Positions 19,976 through 29,412 of a stretch of DNA of 64,000 nucleotides are shown here, piece by piece (the first letter of the stretch is position 1; each line of letters starts with the position of its first letter). The stretch covers positions 1-64,000 of the IMG/VR virus record IMGVR_UViG_3300020112_001004; one strand, written 5' to 3'. The position numbers were made by a program, and so were the translations under genes. Source of the stretch: a virus. Taxonomy: Duplodnaviria > Caudoviricetes. A model generated the notes under the pieces. That model searched no databases, was not told where the DNA came from, and saw nothing but the letters and a program-made list of their open reading frames with translations.

Positions 19976-20716
19976 ATGAAATATATGGGAAGTAAAGCTA
20001 GATTATCAAAAAAGTTTGCTACATTATTCAACAGGATAATATAGGAGAAAGATATAAAAACCTACGTAGAACCATTTGTTGGTGGTGCTAATATGATTGA
20101 CAAAGTAGAGTGTGAGAATAGGATTGGTATAGACTATAATGAGTATCTTATATCCATGTGGAACGCATTACAAAAAGGTTGGGAATTCCCTAGAGAAATC
20201 ACCAGAGAAGAATATCATAGAATAAAAAACAATATGGATTCTTATCCAAAAGAATTAGTGGCGACAGTTGGGTTTTGTGCGTCTTATAATGCTAAATGGT
20301 TCGAGGGATATGCTGGGATTGTTCATATAAAGGATGGGAGAATAAGGAATTATTATGACGAGGCTATTAGGAATATAGAAAAACAACTACCTAGCATAAA
20401 AGACGTAGATTTCAAATATGGAAGTTATGATGATTTTACATTTAAAAAAGCACTTATTTACTGCGACCCACCATACGAAGGAACCACAAAATATAAAGAC
20501 GATTTTGACCATTGTAAATATTGGGCGTGGGTAAGAGAACAAAGTAAATACAATATTGTTATATGTAGTGAATATAATGCCCCAGAAGACTTTGTTTGCA
20601 TATATTCAAAGGAATTAACAATCACATTGAATAAAAGCTCAAGGAAAAAAGGTATTGAAAAACTATTCGTTCATGAATCATTGTATTACGATATAAAAGA
20701 TTTGGTAAATATTTAA
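19976..20716 (+). pseudogene. D12-class DNA adenine methyltransferase interrupted by an in-frame TAG (20042-20044)
   Basis: MKYMGSKARL...RII*EKDIKTYVEPFVGGANM...YCDPPY all in one frame. Confidence 0.75.
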
Positions 20717-20730
20717 AACTTGGAGGAAGT

Positions 20731-21189
20731 ATGAGCAAAAAATATAAATGTAAAAAATGTAAAGAGGAATACGAGGAGTATGAAGTTGCTAAACAAGGGA
20801 AATCTTACGTGTGTAAATATTGTGATACTGAATATTATAACTGGTGTTTACTTTATGAAGAGGTTAAAGCAATTAATAGCCAAGACCAACTAAATATAAA
20901 GCAAATAACTCAACTTAAAAGGTTAAATAAAGAAGAAGGATTAGACTTTCTAAAGATGTATTATACATTATTATACATGGAACTGATAGGTAAATTTACA
21001 ACAGAAGAATACGATTTAATAGGCTTAATAAAATATTATTATAATGAGGCAGTGGATTATTATAAGAGCAAATGGGAATTAGAAGATAATAATATAATAA
21101 AAGAACGAGAAGTTGAAATTGTAAAAACTAAAATGGTTAAAGAAGAAAAAGAAAAGATTGAGAAGGGGTTTGATTTTTTAGAAGATTAA
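20731..21189 (+). CDS. zinc-finger protein upstream of helicase (SPbeta YorH-like, possible loader)
   Basis: CKKC...CKYC; synteny with helicase. Confidence 0.55.
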   Translation: MSKKYKCKKCKEEYEEYEVAKQGKSYVCKYCDTEYYNWCLLYEEVKAINSQDQLNIKQITQLKRLNKEEGLDFLKMYYTLLYMELIGKFTTEEYDLIGLIKYYYNEAVDYYKSKWELEDNNIIKEREVEIVKTKMVKEEKEKIEKGFDFLED

Positions 21190-21257
21190 ACCCCTTCTAT
21201 TACATATATAAAATATGTCTACCCTAGGTAGTTAATAAATAATTAAGAGGTGTATAT

Positions 21258-22802
21258 ATGAAATATGAAGAATTGGCAAAAAAATACGTTAGTGAAAGAA
21301 GTAATTTATATGTGTTATCTGCTTTATTTAAAAAGCCCTCATTATTAAAAGATATAGAATATTTAATAACCGAGGACGATTTCACTTATAAATTTGAACA
21401 TGTGTTATTTAATACAATATACAATCTATCGTTAAAAAATATAAACAAAATAGAACCTAAAGACGTAGAGAGTTATTTAGCAGAAACCAATAAAAAGGCA
21501 TATGAAATAGTTTTTGATGGAGCAGATAACGAGGAAACTTTTTTCGACATGATTGGATTAGAAGAGGAAGTAGATTTTGATTTATATTATAATCGAATGA
21601 AGAAAATGAGTCTATTAAGAAACTACGTTAAAAACGGTATTTCTGTAAATGATATATTAGACCTAGAAGGATTCGATACAGAAAAAGAAACTCATCAGAG
21701 AGAATTGCTAGAAGATTTAACTCTTGAGGATATAATAAGAAAAGTGGACAATAGAATCCTTACAGTTAAAGAAACAATAGAAAACAATCTAGACACAGAA
21801 TATAAGAACTCTAAGGACATATGCGAAGATATATTGAACAAATTATTAGAGCGTCCGAGTTATGGATTTAACTTCGAAAGCCTTTATTTAAATACAATAG
21901 GTTTTGGTTTAGTAAGGAGACAATTCATACTAGAATCTAGAAGGTCTGGTACAGGTAAATCAAGGAATGCAGTTAAAAGAATGGTTGGGGTATCAGCTAA
22001 AGAAGTATATAATATAGAAAAAAAAGAGTGGGAAGTAAATCCACACCCAGTGGGGTCGTTATTGATTCAGACAGAATTAGAAATAGACCTTGAAGTTGTG
22101 CCTATGTTTTTAAGTTTTATTTCTGGTATAAACCAAAAGAAAATAAAGACAAATAAATTAACCGAAGAGGAGAGAGAACGTTTAGTTCATGCCACACAAG
22201 TATTTAGAGAATCCGATATAACTATGGTTACTCAACCAGAGTATGACACGCTATTCATAGCAAATACTATTGAAAAGTGTAAATTAAAATCTGATGATTT
22301 AGGTCTGGTTATATTAGACTATATAGAATTAAATGGCGCATTATCGGCTGAATATAGTAAATCTATGGGAAGAGTTAATATAAGACCAGACTTGATACTA
22401 TTAAATCTAAGCAAAAAATTAAAAGATTTTGCTAGAAAATTTAATATTTGTATGGTGGCTTATACACAAGTAAGTGATTCTAATCAGAATATACCCCCAG
22501 AATGTAGAGATTATCGCTGTATACAAAATGGTAAGGCTATCCAAAATAAGGCAGATTGTGGTATAGTAAGCACTATGCCAACAAGAAAAGAATTAGATAA
22601 GATGGAGAGTGTAATAAGTCAAATAGGTATTGAACCTAATTTAGTATATGGTATTTACAAAAATAGAAATAATGATTTAAAAGAGTGCTTGGTTTGGGTA
22701 CGACAAGATTTAGGAACTGGAGAAGTTGTTGATTTATTTGTAACAGATAAAGAATATAATATAATAGATGTCGAGAAGATAAAAATTGAGTTTGAGGAAT
22801 AG
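21258..22802 (+). CDS. replicative DnaB-like helicase
   Basis: SGTGKSR Walker A, TELE, VILDYIEL, YTQV, KAIQNKAD, KNR. Confidence 0.9.
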   Translation: MKYEELAKKYVSERSNLYVLSALFKKPSLLKDIEYLITEDDFTYKFEHVLFNTIYNLSLKNINKIEPKDVESYLAETNKKAYEIVFDGADNEETFFDMIGLEEEVDFDLYYNRMKKMSLLRNYVKNGISVNDILDLEGFDTEKETHQRELLEDLTLEDIIRKVDNRILTVKETIENNLDTEYKNSKDICEDILNKLLERPSYGFNFESLYLNTIGFGLVRRQFILESRRSGTGKSRNAVKRMVGVSAKEVYNIEKKEWEVNPHPVGSLLIQTELEIDLEVVPMFLSFISGINQKKIKTNKLTEEERERLVHATQVFRESDITMVTQPEYDTLFIANTIEKCKLKSDDLGLVILDYIELNGALSAEYSKSMGRVNIRPDLILLNLSKKLKDFARKFNICMVAYTQVSDSNQNIPPECRDYRCIQNGKAIQNKADCGIVSTMPTRKELDKMESVISQIGIEPNLVYGIYKNRNNDLKECLVWVRQDLGTGEVVDLFVTDKEYNIIDVEKIKIEFEE

Positions 22803-22813
22803 GAGGTGATAAT

Positions 22814-22858
22814 ATGTCTTGTGGTGGAAAGAAAAAAGGTGGCAAGAAAAAGAAATAA
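22814..22858 (+). CDS. 14-aa basic micropeptide MSCGGKKKGGKKKK
   Basis: perfect AGGAGGTGAT SD just before ATG. Confidence 0.55.
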   Translation: MSCGGKKKGGKKKK

Positions 22859-22949
22859 TTAAACAAAGAGGAGGATTCAATCCTCCAGTACATATAATAA
22901 TATGTCTCACCTAGGTGAGCAATAAATAATTTAAAGCGAGGGTGATTAA

Positions 22950-23402
22950 ATGGTTATTATAAGTGGATTTCCAGCAGTGGGAAAGAGTTATATGTTTAAT
23001 AATTTAAAAGGTAAAAAAGTTGCAGATAGTGATTCTTCGCTATTTAGTTGGAAATATGTTGATGGTGAAAAGGTTAGAAACGAGGATTTCCCTAAAAATT
23101 ATATTGAGCATATTAAATCATTAAAAGATTATGATTATGTATTAGTCTCTACTCACAAGTCAGTTAGAGAAGCTTTAGAAAAAGAGTCCATACCTTATAT
23201 ATTAGTATATCCTTCAAAAGATTTAAAAGAAGAATATATTCAAAGATATAAAGAAAGAGGTAGTAATGAAGCCTTTATAAAACTCATGGACGAAAATTGG
23301 GACAAGTTTTTATCTGAATTAGAAGAGGAAACTTTTCCAACTAAACTAGAGTTAAAAAATGGCGAAACACTTATGAAATTATTCGAGCATAAAATAATTT
23401 AA
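22950..23402 (+). CDS. P-loop NMP-kinase-like protein
   Basis: IISGFPAVGKS, DSDS, RY..RG lid. Confidence 0.65.
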   Translation: MVIISGFPAVGKSYMFNNLKGKKVADSDSSLFSWKYVDGEKVRNEDFPKNYIEHIKSLKDYDYVLVSTHKSVREALEKESIPYILVYPSKDLKEEYIQRYKERGSNEAFIKLMDENWDKFLSELEEETFPTKLELKNGETLMKLFEHKII

Positions 23403-23466
23403 CAAACGGAGGAATTATCCTCCAGTACATATAATAACTAATCTAGCAAGGAGGTATAAATTTGTT

Positions 23467-24606
23467 TTGGATAGAAATGAACTACTTAATTATTTAACAG
23501 AAGATAAACTTATTAGTTTTATGGAAGAAGAATTGGATAGTATATTTTACAGAAGGGAAAATGGGGCTTTGGTTTTCGGGGCGATATGTCATGGAAACCC
23601 AGATTCCAATAAATTATACTTCTACACAAGCACGAAGACGTTTCATTGTTATTCACAGTGCAGTTGTAATTATTCTATATATGATTTAATATCTGAAGTT
23701 CTTCAAGTTGATTTCGCAGAGGCTTTTAAGTATTTAGCTAAATACCTTGGGGTGGAAGTAAAAAGACAAGAAATTAAGGGTATTGGTAAAAAGAAAAAAG
23801 AAAATAACTACAAGTTTCTAAAAAAAATTAAAAGAAATAATTTAAAAGAACAACAAGAGATACAGACTTATAGCAGTAATATATTGAATTGCTTTGAGTA
23901 TAATTTAATATATGAGGAATGGCTTGAAGAAGGGATAGATATAAAAGCTATAGATAGATTTAGGGTAGGATATTATGACTATGGTAAACAAATAACAATC
24001 CCATATTTTTATATGGACGGTAGCCTTGCTGGTGTAAGGGTGAGAAACTTAGATAAAGAAATGTCTGAACTAATGGGTAAATATCACCCAATAACAGTCC
24101 AAGGAGTAACCTATAAATTTCCATCAAAAAATAGTTTTTATGGTGCTTATGAGAATAAAAAAGACATAATGAAAACTCATAGATGCATATTGTTTGAGGG
24201 AGAAAAATCAGTGTTAAAAACATGTAGCTGGTATGAGGATAGTATAGGGCTAGGGCTACTAGGAATGAACTTTTCCTTTAGACAAGCTAATATATTAAAA
24301 GAGCTTGGTGTAGAAGAGGTTGTTGTGGCTCTTGATAAACAATATAAACAGGAAGAGATTGAGGATAGAAAATCAGAAGGCTATAGAGAATATACTAACT
24401 ACTTAAGGAAGATTTATAAAATAGTAAAAATGCTGGAAAAATTTATGAGTGTGAGTGTCATTTTAGATTTTGACGGATTGTTAGAATACAAAGACTCACC
24501 TGTGGATAAAGGAAAGGAAATATTTGAGGAATTATATAGTAAAAGAATATCGTATAAAAGCGAAGAATTAGAGAGGACTGTAGAAGAGAGATTAAAAGGA
24601 GAATAG
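23467..24606 (+). CDS. DNA primase
   Basis: ICH...FHCYSQC zinc domain; FEGEKS and LDK TOPRIM motifs. Confidence 0.88.
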   Translation: MDRNELLNYLTEDKLISFMEEELDSIFYRRENGALVFGAICHGNPDSNKLYFYTSTKTFHCYSQCSCNYSIYDLISEVLQVDFAEAFKYLAKYLGVEVKRQEIKGIGKKKKENNYKFLKKIKRNNLKEQQEIQTYSSNILNCFEYNLIYEEWLEEGIDIKAIDRFRVGYYDYGKQITIPYFYMDGSLAGVRVRNLDKEMSELMGKYHPITVQGVTYKFPSKNSFYGAYENKKDIMKTHRCILFEGEKSVLKTCSWYEDSIGLGLLGMNFSFRQANILKELGVEEVVVALDKQYKQEEIEDRKSEGYREYTNYLRKIYKIVKMLEKFMSVSVILDFDGLLEYKDSPVDKGKEIFEELYSKRISYKSEELERTVEERLKGE

Positions 24607-24617
24607 GGGAGGATTAT

Positions 24618-25478
24618 ATGGAATTTAATAAGAATGAACTAGTAAAAAGTCCGTTAAATTATACAGGGGGAAAGTTTAAATTATTGCCACAACTATTCCC
24701 TTTATTTCCAGAGGATATAGGCACTTTTTATGATTTGTTCGCTGGAGGGTGTAATGTGGGGGTTAATGTTAGAGCTAATAGAATTATATGTAATGACATA
24801 GAAACTCATGTAATAGATTTAATGAAAGAGGTTCAAAAGAATGGAGTTACAAACTCTCTGAATATGTTGAAAAGCACTATAGAAAAATATAAACTTTCAA
24901 AAACCAACGAAGAGGGGTTTAAAAGATTAAGGGACGATTATAATAATGGAAATAAGTCTTGGGATATGTTTTATGCTTTAGTTACAAATGCGTTTAACTA
25001 TCAAATAAGATTTTCAAAACAGGGTAATTATAATATGCCTTTTGGGAAAAATAGGAGCAGTTTCAACCCAAACTTGGAGAAGAATTTTATTAAATTTTTT
25101 AATAAGGTAAACGAAAAAAATATAGAGTTTATTTCTTCAAGTTTTTTAGATTTAGAAATAGAAAATTTAAATAGCGAAGATTTTGTATATTGCGACCCTC
25201 CTTATTTAATAACCTGTGCAAGTTATAATGAGCAAGGTGGGTGGAATATTAATTTAGAAAAATCACTATTAAATAAATTAGATAAGATTAATGACAAAGG
25301 GGTGAGATTCGCCTTAAGTAATGTGTTGGAAAACAAAGGCGAGTCGAATGATATTCTTAAAGAGTGGGCTAAGAAATATAAAATACACTATTTAAATAAC
25401 TCATATGGAAATTGTAATTATCACGCCAAAGACAAGGCGAAAAATAACACCGTTGAAGTGTTAATAACCAATTATTAG
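24618..25478 (+). CDS. Dam-like (D12 class) DNA adenine methyltransferase
   Basis: SPLNYTGGK, DLFAGG, YCDPPY, EVLITNY. Confidence 0.9.
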   Translation: MEFNKNELVKSPLNYTGGKFKLLPQLFPLFPEDIGTFYDLFAGGCNVGVNVRANRIICNDIETHVIDLMKEVQKNGVTNSLNMLKSTIEKYKLSKTNEEGFKRLRDDYNNGNKSWDMFYALVTNAFNYQIRFSKQGNYNMPFGKNRSSFNPNLEKNFIKFFNKVNEKNIEFISSSFLDLEIENLNSEDFVYCDPPYLITCASYNEQGGWNINLEKSLLNKLDKINDKGVRFALSNVLENKGESNDILKEWAKKYKIHYLNNSYGNCNYHAKDKAKNNTVEVLITNY

Positions 25479-25553
25479 GAGGCAACAGCCTCCTTTTTAC
25501 ATATTTAATATGTACCTACTCAATAGAGGGGTTAATTTAAAGGAGGATAAAAT

Positions 25554-27368
25554 ATGAAATACAAATTAATACAAGGGTTAACAAAAGATTTTAAATTATT
25601 ATCACAGGAGGAAATTTTAAAAGAGATATTAGAAAAAAGAGGGGTGTTGGACGTTGAAGCTTTTTTAAAAGCCAACGAGAATGATGTATATGATGGTAGA
25701 TTATTAAAGAATATGGATAAAGCTATAGAATGTTTTGTTGAACACATGGGCAAAGGTAGTAGAGTCCATGTAATTGTGGATTGTGACACCGATGGTTGTT
25801 CCAGTGCAGGTATATTGGTTCAGTATATAAGAAGAGTATTTCCGGACACAAAAGTTACCTACGGCATGAACGAAGGTAAAAAGCATGGAGTGTTTATAGA
25901 TGAACTGCCTCCTGCTGAAGAATTTGACCTTTTAATATTACCCGATTGTGGGTCTAATGATAAAATTGCTTGTGATAAATTAAAAGAACTGGGGAAAGAC
26001 ATAATAGTCCTAGACCACCATCTAATAGAAATAGAAAATCCAAGTGCCATAGTGGTTAATTGTCATGATGGGCAATATCCCAATCCAACATTAACTGGTT
26101 CTGCTATGGTGTACAAGTTTTGTAAAGAGCTTGACAAAGAATATCATATAGAAGTAGCTGATGATTATATTGACTTATGCGCTCTTGGACTTGTGGGAGA
26201 TATGGCAGATGTAATAGAAGAGGAAACTAGATTCTTAATAAAAAAGGGTAGTGAAAATATAAAAAATGACTTTATCCAAGAGATATTATTAAAAAGAAAA
26301 ATTATAGAAAAGAAAGAGGATAAAGTAGGAATAATCCCTTCTATTTTTGGAATGAAAGTTGCTCCAGTTTGCAATGGGGTTGTTAGGTGTGGAAATTACG
26401 AGCAAAGATTAGATATGATGAGAGCACTATTTGGAGAACAAGAGGACAGAATATACCAACCACGAAGAAAAAGTAAAAACGACCCTAAACCAGAACCTGT
26501 GGTAGAGTCGTTACAAGTAAATGTTTTAAGAATGTGTGACAGTGTTAAAAGTAAACAAACCAAAGAAGTTGGAAAAATAGTTAAAGAAATTGTCAATGAA
26601 ATAGAATTTCAAGAACTTTATAAAGACAAAGTTATAATATTAGATTTAAGCAAATTAGAGACGGAGGTAAATCCAGTATACACAGGATTATTAGCGTCTA
26701 AGGTGGCTAACCAATATAAAAAACCAGTGTTGATATGTAGCAGTGATGACGAAGAGAACTTTAGGGGTTCTGGTAGAGGGTATAGCTTGTCTGGTATAGA
26801 AAGCTTAAAACAAGAGGTTGAATCAACAGGTTTAGCTAAAGGGGCTGGACATGATAATGCTTTTGGTATCTCTTTTAAAAAAGAAAATATAGATGGCTTA
26901 AGAGAAAGTTTAAACAAAAGATTGGACTATGTAAGCAATGAGGATATCTGGTTGGTAGATTATGAAACTCCTTTTAACTATTTAAAACTAAAAGACGTAA
27001 AAAGAATTGGAGAATTGAATGATATATTCTGCACAAATTTAACTAAACCAAAGTTTGCGATAACAGGAATCCAACTCGAAATAGGCGACATATCGTTGGT
27101 TGGAAAAAATGAAAATGTCCTAAGAATAACTAAAGAAATAAATGGACAAGTGTTTAAAATGATAAAACTGAATAGTAGTATAGAAGAGTACTGTAATATA
27201 ACAGGGAAAACAGTAAATGGGATAGGTAACAAATCTCCAAAGGGAAAAGTAATTTTAGAGATTATAGCCGAGTTTGATATTAATGTGTTTAATGGGGTTG
27301 CAACACCACAAATAAATATACTAGATTTCAATGTGGAAAAAGAAAGTAAAACTAGATTGAGATTCTAG
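25554..27368 (+). CDS. recJ: RecJ-like ssDNA exonuclease (DHH family)
   Basis: DCDTDG, HG, DCG, LDHH, GSGRG, GHDNAFG. Confidence 0.9.
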   Translation: MKYKLIQGLTKDFKLLSQEEILKEILEKRGVLDVEAFLKANENDVYDGRLLKNMDKAIECFVEHMGKGSRVHVIVDCDTDGCSSAGILVQYIRRVFPDTKVTYGMNEGKKHGVFIDELPPAEEFDLLILPDCGSNDKIACDKLKELGKDIIVLDHHLIEIENPSAIVVNCHDGQYPNPTLTGSAMVYKFCKELDKEYHIEVADDYIDLCALGLVGDMADVIEEETRFLIKKGSENIKNDFIQEILLKRKIIEKKEDKVGIIPSIFGMKVAPVCNGVVRCGNYEQRLDMMRALFGEQEDRIYQPRRKSKNDPKPEPVVESLQVNVLRMCDSVKSKQTKEVGKIVKEIVNEIEFQELYKDKVIILDLSKLETEVNPVYTGLLASKVANQYKKPVLICSSDDEENFRGSGRGYSLSGIESLKQEVESTGLAKGAGHDNAFGISFKKENIDGLRESLNKRLDYVSNEDIWLVDYETPFNYLKLKDVKRIGELNDIFCTNLTKPKFAITGIQLEIGDISLVGKNENVLRITKEINGQVFKMIKLNSSIEEYCNITGKTVNGIGNKSPKGKVILEIIAEFDINVFNGVATPQINILDFNVEKESKTRLRF

Positions 27369-27419
27369 GTAATAATTTAAAAGAATTTAATAATAATAAA
27401 ATATAGGGGGAAATTGAAA

Positions 27420-27572
27420 ATGATTAACGGAAAGAGATATAAAGTAATGGAAGTATATAATAGAGAAGGGGAAAAACACTATTTAATTAAAAATACTAGA
27501 ACAAACAGTACAATGGTAATTGATGAAGAGAGAGCTAGAGAATTGTATAAAGAGGGGCAATTAGAGTATTAA
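27420..27572 (+). CDS. 50-aa hypothetical protein
   Basis: GGGGG RBS, degenerate motif-A upstream. Confidence 0.5.
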   Translation: MINGKRYKVMEVYNREGEKHYLIKNTRTNSTMVIDEERARELYKEGQLEY

Positions 27573-27661
27573 TCAAACAGGAGGTTGTGAAATCTCCTTA
27601 TACATATTTAATATGTACCTACTCTTAGAGGGGTTAATTAATTTAAAAAGTGAGGTATTTT

Positions 27662-29092
27662 ATGAGAACCAATAAAGATTTAGTCTATTTGCATAACCAC
27701 ACAGAGTGTTCAAATTTCAAATTGACTGACTCAATCGCCAAGGTTGAACAGTTGATAGACAGGGCAGTAGAACTTGGGCAAAAAGGAGTAGCAATAACTG
27801 ACCACAATATATTATCAGCCCATGTTGAAGCAATTAATCATGTTATGGCACAAAAGAAAAAAGGAAGTTATCCAAAGGATTTTAATTTAATTTTAGGGAA
27901 TGAAATATACCTAGTCAGTGAAAAAGACATGCATAGAAAAATAGAGAATAAAGAACCAGTTAAGTTTTATCATTTTATCCTTTTAGCAAAAGATGAAATA
28001 GGTCATAGACAGATAAGAGAATTAAGTTCAATGGCTTGGGAAAGAGCATTTAATTATAGAGGATTAACTAGAACACCAAACTACTATGGTGATTTTATCA
28101 AGGTTCTAGGGGAAGAAAAGGGGCATATAATCGCTTCTACAGCGTGTCTTGGAGGAATGTTAGGCACTTCAATTTTAAAGACAATAGAGGACGACTCTGT
28201 GTTTGAAGATATTGGAGAGTTTTTAGAGTGGTGTTTAGACACTTTTGGAGAAGATGATTTCTTTTTAGAAATGCAACCGTCTATAGTTAAACATGACGAA
28301 AATGGTGAAGAAATATTTAATGAACAAAAGTTTGTTAATCAAAAAATAATTAATTGTGCAAAAGTGTATAATTTAAATACAATAATAACAACTGATGCAC
28401 ATTATATATTAAAAGAAGATAGAGCTATTCATGAAGCTTATTTAAAGTCTGACAGCAAAGATAGTGGTAAGGAAAGAGAACTTGGAGACTTCTATGAAAC
28501 AACCTATATGATGGATATTGAGGAGATATATAAATGTTTAGATTATTTAGGCGAGGAAGAAATAGATAAAGCCATAGATAATACTGTTAAGATATGCGAG
28601 AGGATTGGAAATAATAAAGATTATGGATTGTTCCATAAACCTGTTATCCCACTAACTCCAGTGCCTCATAAATGGGAATGGTTTAAATTTAATGTAAACG
28701 TGATAGAAGGATATCCAAACACTAAAAAGTTGTGGGAAAGTGACAATCCTTATGAAGGATATTTAATAAGTCAACTATTCAGAGGAATTGAAGAGAGACA
28801 AATTAAACCAGAGCATATGAAAGAGATTTTAGACAGAATAGAAGAAGAATGTACTACAATAGTAGGGTTTAATGAGTTAAATAAGGGAGCTAATGTTTCA
28901 GCATACTTCTTGACAATGCAGAAATTAATGGATATATTATGGGAAAATAATATATTAGTACCAGCAGGAAGAGGGTCTGGTATCGGTTGGTTACAAAACT
29001 ATCTTTTAGGAATAACACAAGTAAATCCACTAACACAAGGAGTGGAAATGCCTTCATGGAGGTTTCTGACTCCAGACAGACCAGATATGCCT
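27662..29092 (+). CDS. dnaE: DNA polymerase III alpha subunit, exon 1 (PHP domain and palm start)
   Basis: LHNHTECS, AITDH, TTDAHY, GRGS, ends RPDMP at the intron. Confidence 0.92.
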
Positions 29093-29412
29093 AAACAATA
29101 TTGGGCAGTTTAAACCATGTGAACCTAGATACTAGGGTGTGAGGTAGGTCGTAAGATATTGAATAGTAAATGATTCATTAACCACCTTGCTAACAGGGAA
29201 ACCTAAGTCGAAAGATATGGCAATCCTGTGCTAAGTCTATTAATAGAAAAGTCAAACGACTAGCGAAAGCATAACATGGGACGTACCCCATGTGAAGAAG
29301 CGAGTAGCGTACATTCAAGGTGAAATTCCTTGTTTGGAAGTGCATGGATATCATTAAGAGTTTAATGATATATGATATAGTCTATTCTCCGTGGAAACAT
29401 GGAGTAGTAAAG
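29093..29412 (+). ncRNA. group I self-splicing intron (ORF-less, 320 nt) in dnaE
   Basis: removal restores in-frame RPDMP|DIDFD; P1 UGCCU/GGGCA with U.G at the 5' splice site; AAUCCUGUGCUAAG, AACGACUAG and GAUAUAGUCUA core elements; terminal G. Confidence 0.92.

Noticed and set aside
20042-20044. Genome-wide TAG reassignment
   Set aside because: Many intact genes terminate at TAG and only one internal TAG was seen.
29320-29412. N-terminus of the 908-aa ORF as real protein, or dnaE as a frameshifted pseudogene or intein
   Set aside because: These codons are intron sequence; splicing restores the catalytic motif exactly.
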